A stretch of DNA of 64,000 nt from Calcarisporiella thermophila CBS 279.70 (Eukaryota; Fungi; Calcarisporiellomycota): the NCBI RefSeq assembly GCF_041956535.1, contig NW_027192203.1, forward strand, positions 62,001-126,000. The letters are read 5' to 3'. Shown piece after piece: positions 61,253 through 64,000 of the stretch (its first letter is position 1; the number at the start of each line of letters is the position of its first letter). A program made the position numbers and the translations under genes. The notes beneath the pieces were generated by a model. The model was not told the DNA's origin and ran no database searches. It saw only the letters and a list, made by a program, of their open reading frames with translations.

Positions 61253-63349
61253 CTATTCGCGTCTTCTACTCATATCCAATAATATCCCCTCCATGTCCTC
61301 ATACCCTACGGCAGCAATCTTGGTCTCCACCGCTTGAGCAACCATACTTTTCTGCTCCCCGTGGCCATTCTTCCACTTCACCGAAGTGCGATCCGCCACC
61401 GCTTCTATATCTCGCATCATCTTCTCGATGTATGAGGTCACCCTCCTCAGCTTATTCACATTCACCAGCTTCTCGCCGCATGAGCTCTCGCAGCTCAAAA
61501 ACGTTGGGTTCCCTGCGTCGAGGAATAGCAGATCCTTCACCACCACGGGCAAGAACGGGATGCCCTTCTGTGCCACCTGCCGGTACTGAGACATATTCGA
61601 TTGCAGGTCCATGAGGCGCTCAAGACGTTGCAGAACTTTGCGTGTCTTGAGGGGGACGAGCGCCCATGTGCGCTCGAGTCGCTGCACGGGTGTGGAGATC
61701 AGGCCGGAGATGATAAGCAGGGTGGCGTGGTAGTCCTCGAACTCGAGGCAGAGGCGGGCCACTTCCACGAATTGCGCAATCTGTTTGGCACGCTGCTGGG
61801 GGGTTGCGAGCTGAAGAATCTCATAGGGGACCCAGTATGATATCTGGTTGGCACGCTGGGTAAGCGGGTGGATGGTTCCGGCGCCAGTGTAGTGAGTGGT
61901 GGCATCCGACTTTTCCTTGTGGAGGCACTTGCGATCCCACCAGCCTGCATAGAACTCGTATCGGGAAATGCTGCGGAAGGAGAGGGTATCGGTGAGGGTA
62001 AGATGGTGGGCGATGTCTTTGGGCTTGAGGGTGAGGAGATCGGGGACGTGGCCGTTGCGTCTTGCAGCGGCCTTGGGGGGGTTGGTAGGTGCTTGGCGCA
62101 TTGCCATGAGGCCTTGTCTCTGTCAAATGAAAGCCACATGTTACCTCGGATGGTCTGTCTTTGCCTTAACGGCGCAGTTTACCTTTGCATCCAGGATCCA
62201 CCGGATCTGCCGGCCCTCTCTGGAGAGCCCGGCCATTTCGACGCTTCCCTCCAAAAACCGAATAAGGCCTTTCAACACGTGGCCATCCTCCAGGAAATCT
62301 TCGGGTCGCAACTCGACCCACCTCTGTATCAGGGCGAGGACGCGCTCTTGCACCCGACTTGTGAAGAAGAGCCAGCGCGCCGAGTCTTTAGGAGGCTCGG
62401 GGGCCGAAAGGAATGTTGCGGGGGGGGAGTGGAAGCGTGCAACCAGGCCATTGAGGAGATCGCCGCTTGAGAGAAACCAGGTGTGGGTTTGAAGGAGGGT
62501 GTCCGTTAAATTCCGATCTGCGAACGCAGAGGAAGAAGGGCCGCCCCGAGGCTGAACAAGTAGGTCGAGGAGATTGGTTGGGGTCGCCGCCATCAAAGTC
62601 TCTCTAGGATTGGAAATCGGGTCAGAGACGGTCCGTGCCGCTGGCACCAGAGAACAGCAAACTATTTACCTTCCATCCTGAAGCTCGCTGACTAGCTGCG
62701 CACCCGTTGAATCCCCTCGGATGTAGGCCGTGCCTCCTCTCAGTGAGGCAAAGCTCTCATTGCTGCCATACCGCCGAAGTTTTCGCATGAAGTTCCTCAG
62801 GGAGGATGCGGAAGAAACCGAGCGCACACTCTGGGTATCGACCACATTGTTGCTTAGCATCGATACCCGCGAATGAGGGTGTGGCGGAGTAGGGCGCATT
62901 TGGGGACGAGCAGGCGCAGGTGTGGTTGATTTAGGGAGGGAATGGAGTGAGTCCATGGCAAGTTCTGGGGTGTAAGGGCGTATTTTCGAGGCAAGTTTGG
63001 CTTTCTTGTGATTCATATGTTTTTCAACTGGTACTACGGGCCTATATTCCGCTTTTCTATTAAGTTGTTCCAATTCCTCTTCCTCTTCTACCTCCTCCTC
63101 CTCCTCCTCCCAGATGCAGAATTCATCTTCATCGTCCACGTAGCCGTGGTCGGCATCCAGCGCGGGGGAAGAAATATCCTCCGACGAGAGAGAGCTGGTG
63201 GAGTATTTCGAGTCGCTTTCGGCTGACATTGAGGAGAGAGGGGAATCGGGGGAATCGGAAGTATCACTAATATATTCACACGAAGGGGACGCGACAGCCT
63301 TCAACGCTCCTTTCTGGTGGATATGAAAGGGAGAAACAGTCATCAACAT
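61253..63349 (-). CDS. Second Ras-family GEF (REM + RasGEF domains, acidic N-terminus), 3 exons
   Basis: AATPTNLLDLL...RVLALIQRWVELRPEDF; DIAHHLTL, GLISTPVQRLERTW, IPFLPVVVKDLLFLDAGNP, VNVNKLR. Confidence 0.9.
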
Positions 63350-64000
63350 AGCAGTGAGGACAGCCAGGCAGATTAATGGAGAGATGTCAATTAGTAGGAA
63401 TTATATTAGCAGCGCACTGGGTGAAAACAGGAGAGAACAATAGGAGTAAACAGGAACATGTCTCGTGTGAAGGGAACAAAAACGGTTTGCATTCCAAGTA
63501 TGGCCAATGCCCAAGAACAAGAGAGGAAAAAAAACTTGTAATGCTTCCGTTGCCTAAGAAGAAGAAACTCTATTTTGCACATAAATGTGCAAAATTAAGA
63601 GCCGTGATCGGATCAAGTTTGAGGAGACATGTCAAAACAGGCTTGTTGGTGGCTGGCCAAGGTACATGAGATTGCGCCCGGTTGCCTGCGGATGAGCGGA
63701 TTCCAGATTGGGTAATCATTAGGTCCTCAATGCGTATTAATTGTCCCCGCCCGCGGGATTCTTTATAGTCAAATTGCGGGCCTTTTTCTCTGCCCGTTTA
63801 AGGGGCAAGAAAAAACGCGGTTTCTGATGGCCAGGCCCCGTTAGATCAAGGTTCCTGCTCCCCTCCGCGCCCATCCCCCCGTTAACGTCATCGCAACTTG
63901 CCAAGAAAGCGGGGGAGAGCGAGGGGGAGGAAAACAAGCCCAGGTCGGTTGACTGGGAGTGGGGGGGCGGGGGCGGCCTCCACACCGGGTCCGCACTTGG

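Noticed and set aside
1-64000. CRISPR arrays, rRNA, prokaryotic operons, U12-type introns
   Set aside because: The sequence is eukaryotic. No regularly spaced repeats or rRNA motifs are present, and no RTATCCTT donor was seen in the introns examined.

Overview
Eukaryotic DNA, most likely an early-diverging (non-Dikarya) fungus: short GT-AG introns, fungal-type Ste12/Bud4/Sfp1/Rcf2, plus animal-shared genes such as BORCS6 and RBM42. About 30 protein-coding genes and one tRNA-Gly(CCC) can be supported. Housekeeping genes include septin, Seh1, GNPDA, Bdp1, Rpl33, Get2, Mrp49, PLB-like lipase and an SDR. There are also many signalling and transcription genes: two RasGEFs, Ste12, G-alpha, homeobox, HMG-box and C2H2 factors. 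The most unusual feature is an intact, intronless, GC-rich ORF of about 520 codons (27529-29097). It lies antisense inside a heavily decayed Ty3/gypsy chromovirus, in the place of most of RNase H and integrase, and is a candidate captured and domesticated (possibly mycoviral) gene. Other highlights: two tandem secreted proteins built from Opy2-like 8-Cys repeats; an intronless small secreted protein of possible actinobacterial origin with a duplicated promoter and an adjacent Tc1 relic; a Sororin-like gene with a palindromic SCB pair; an ankyrin-Bud4 fusion; a MITE abutting an orphan 3-exon gene; and a ~700-nt intergenic stretch rich in helices that may be an unannotated structured RNA. All family assignments come from motif recognition by eye; no database searches were run. 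CDS spans include introns.
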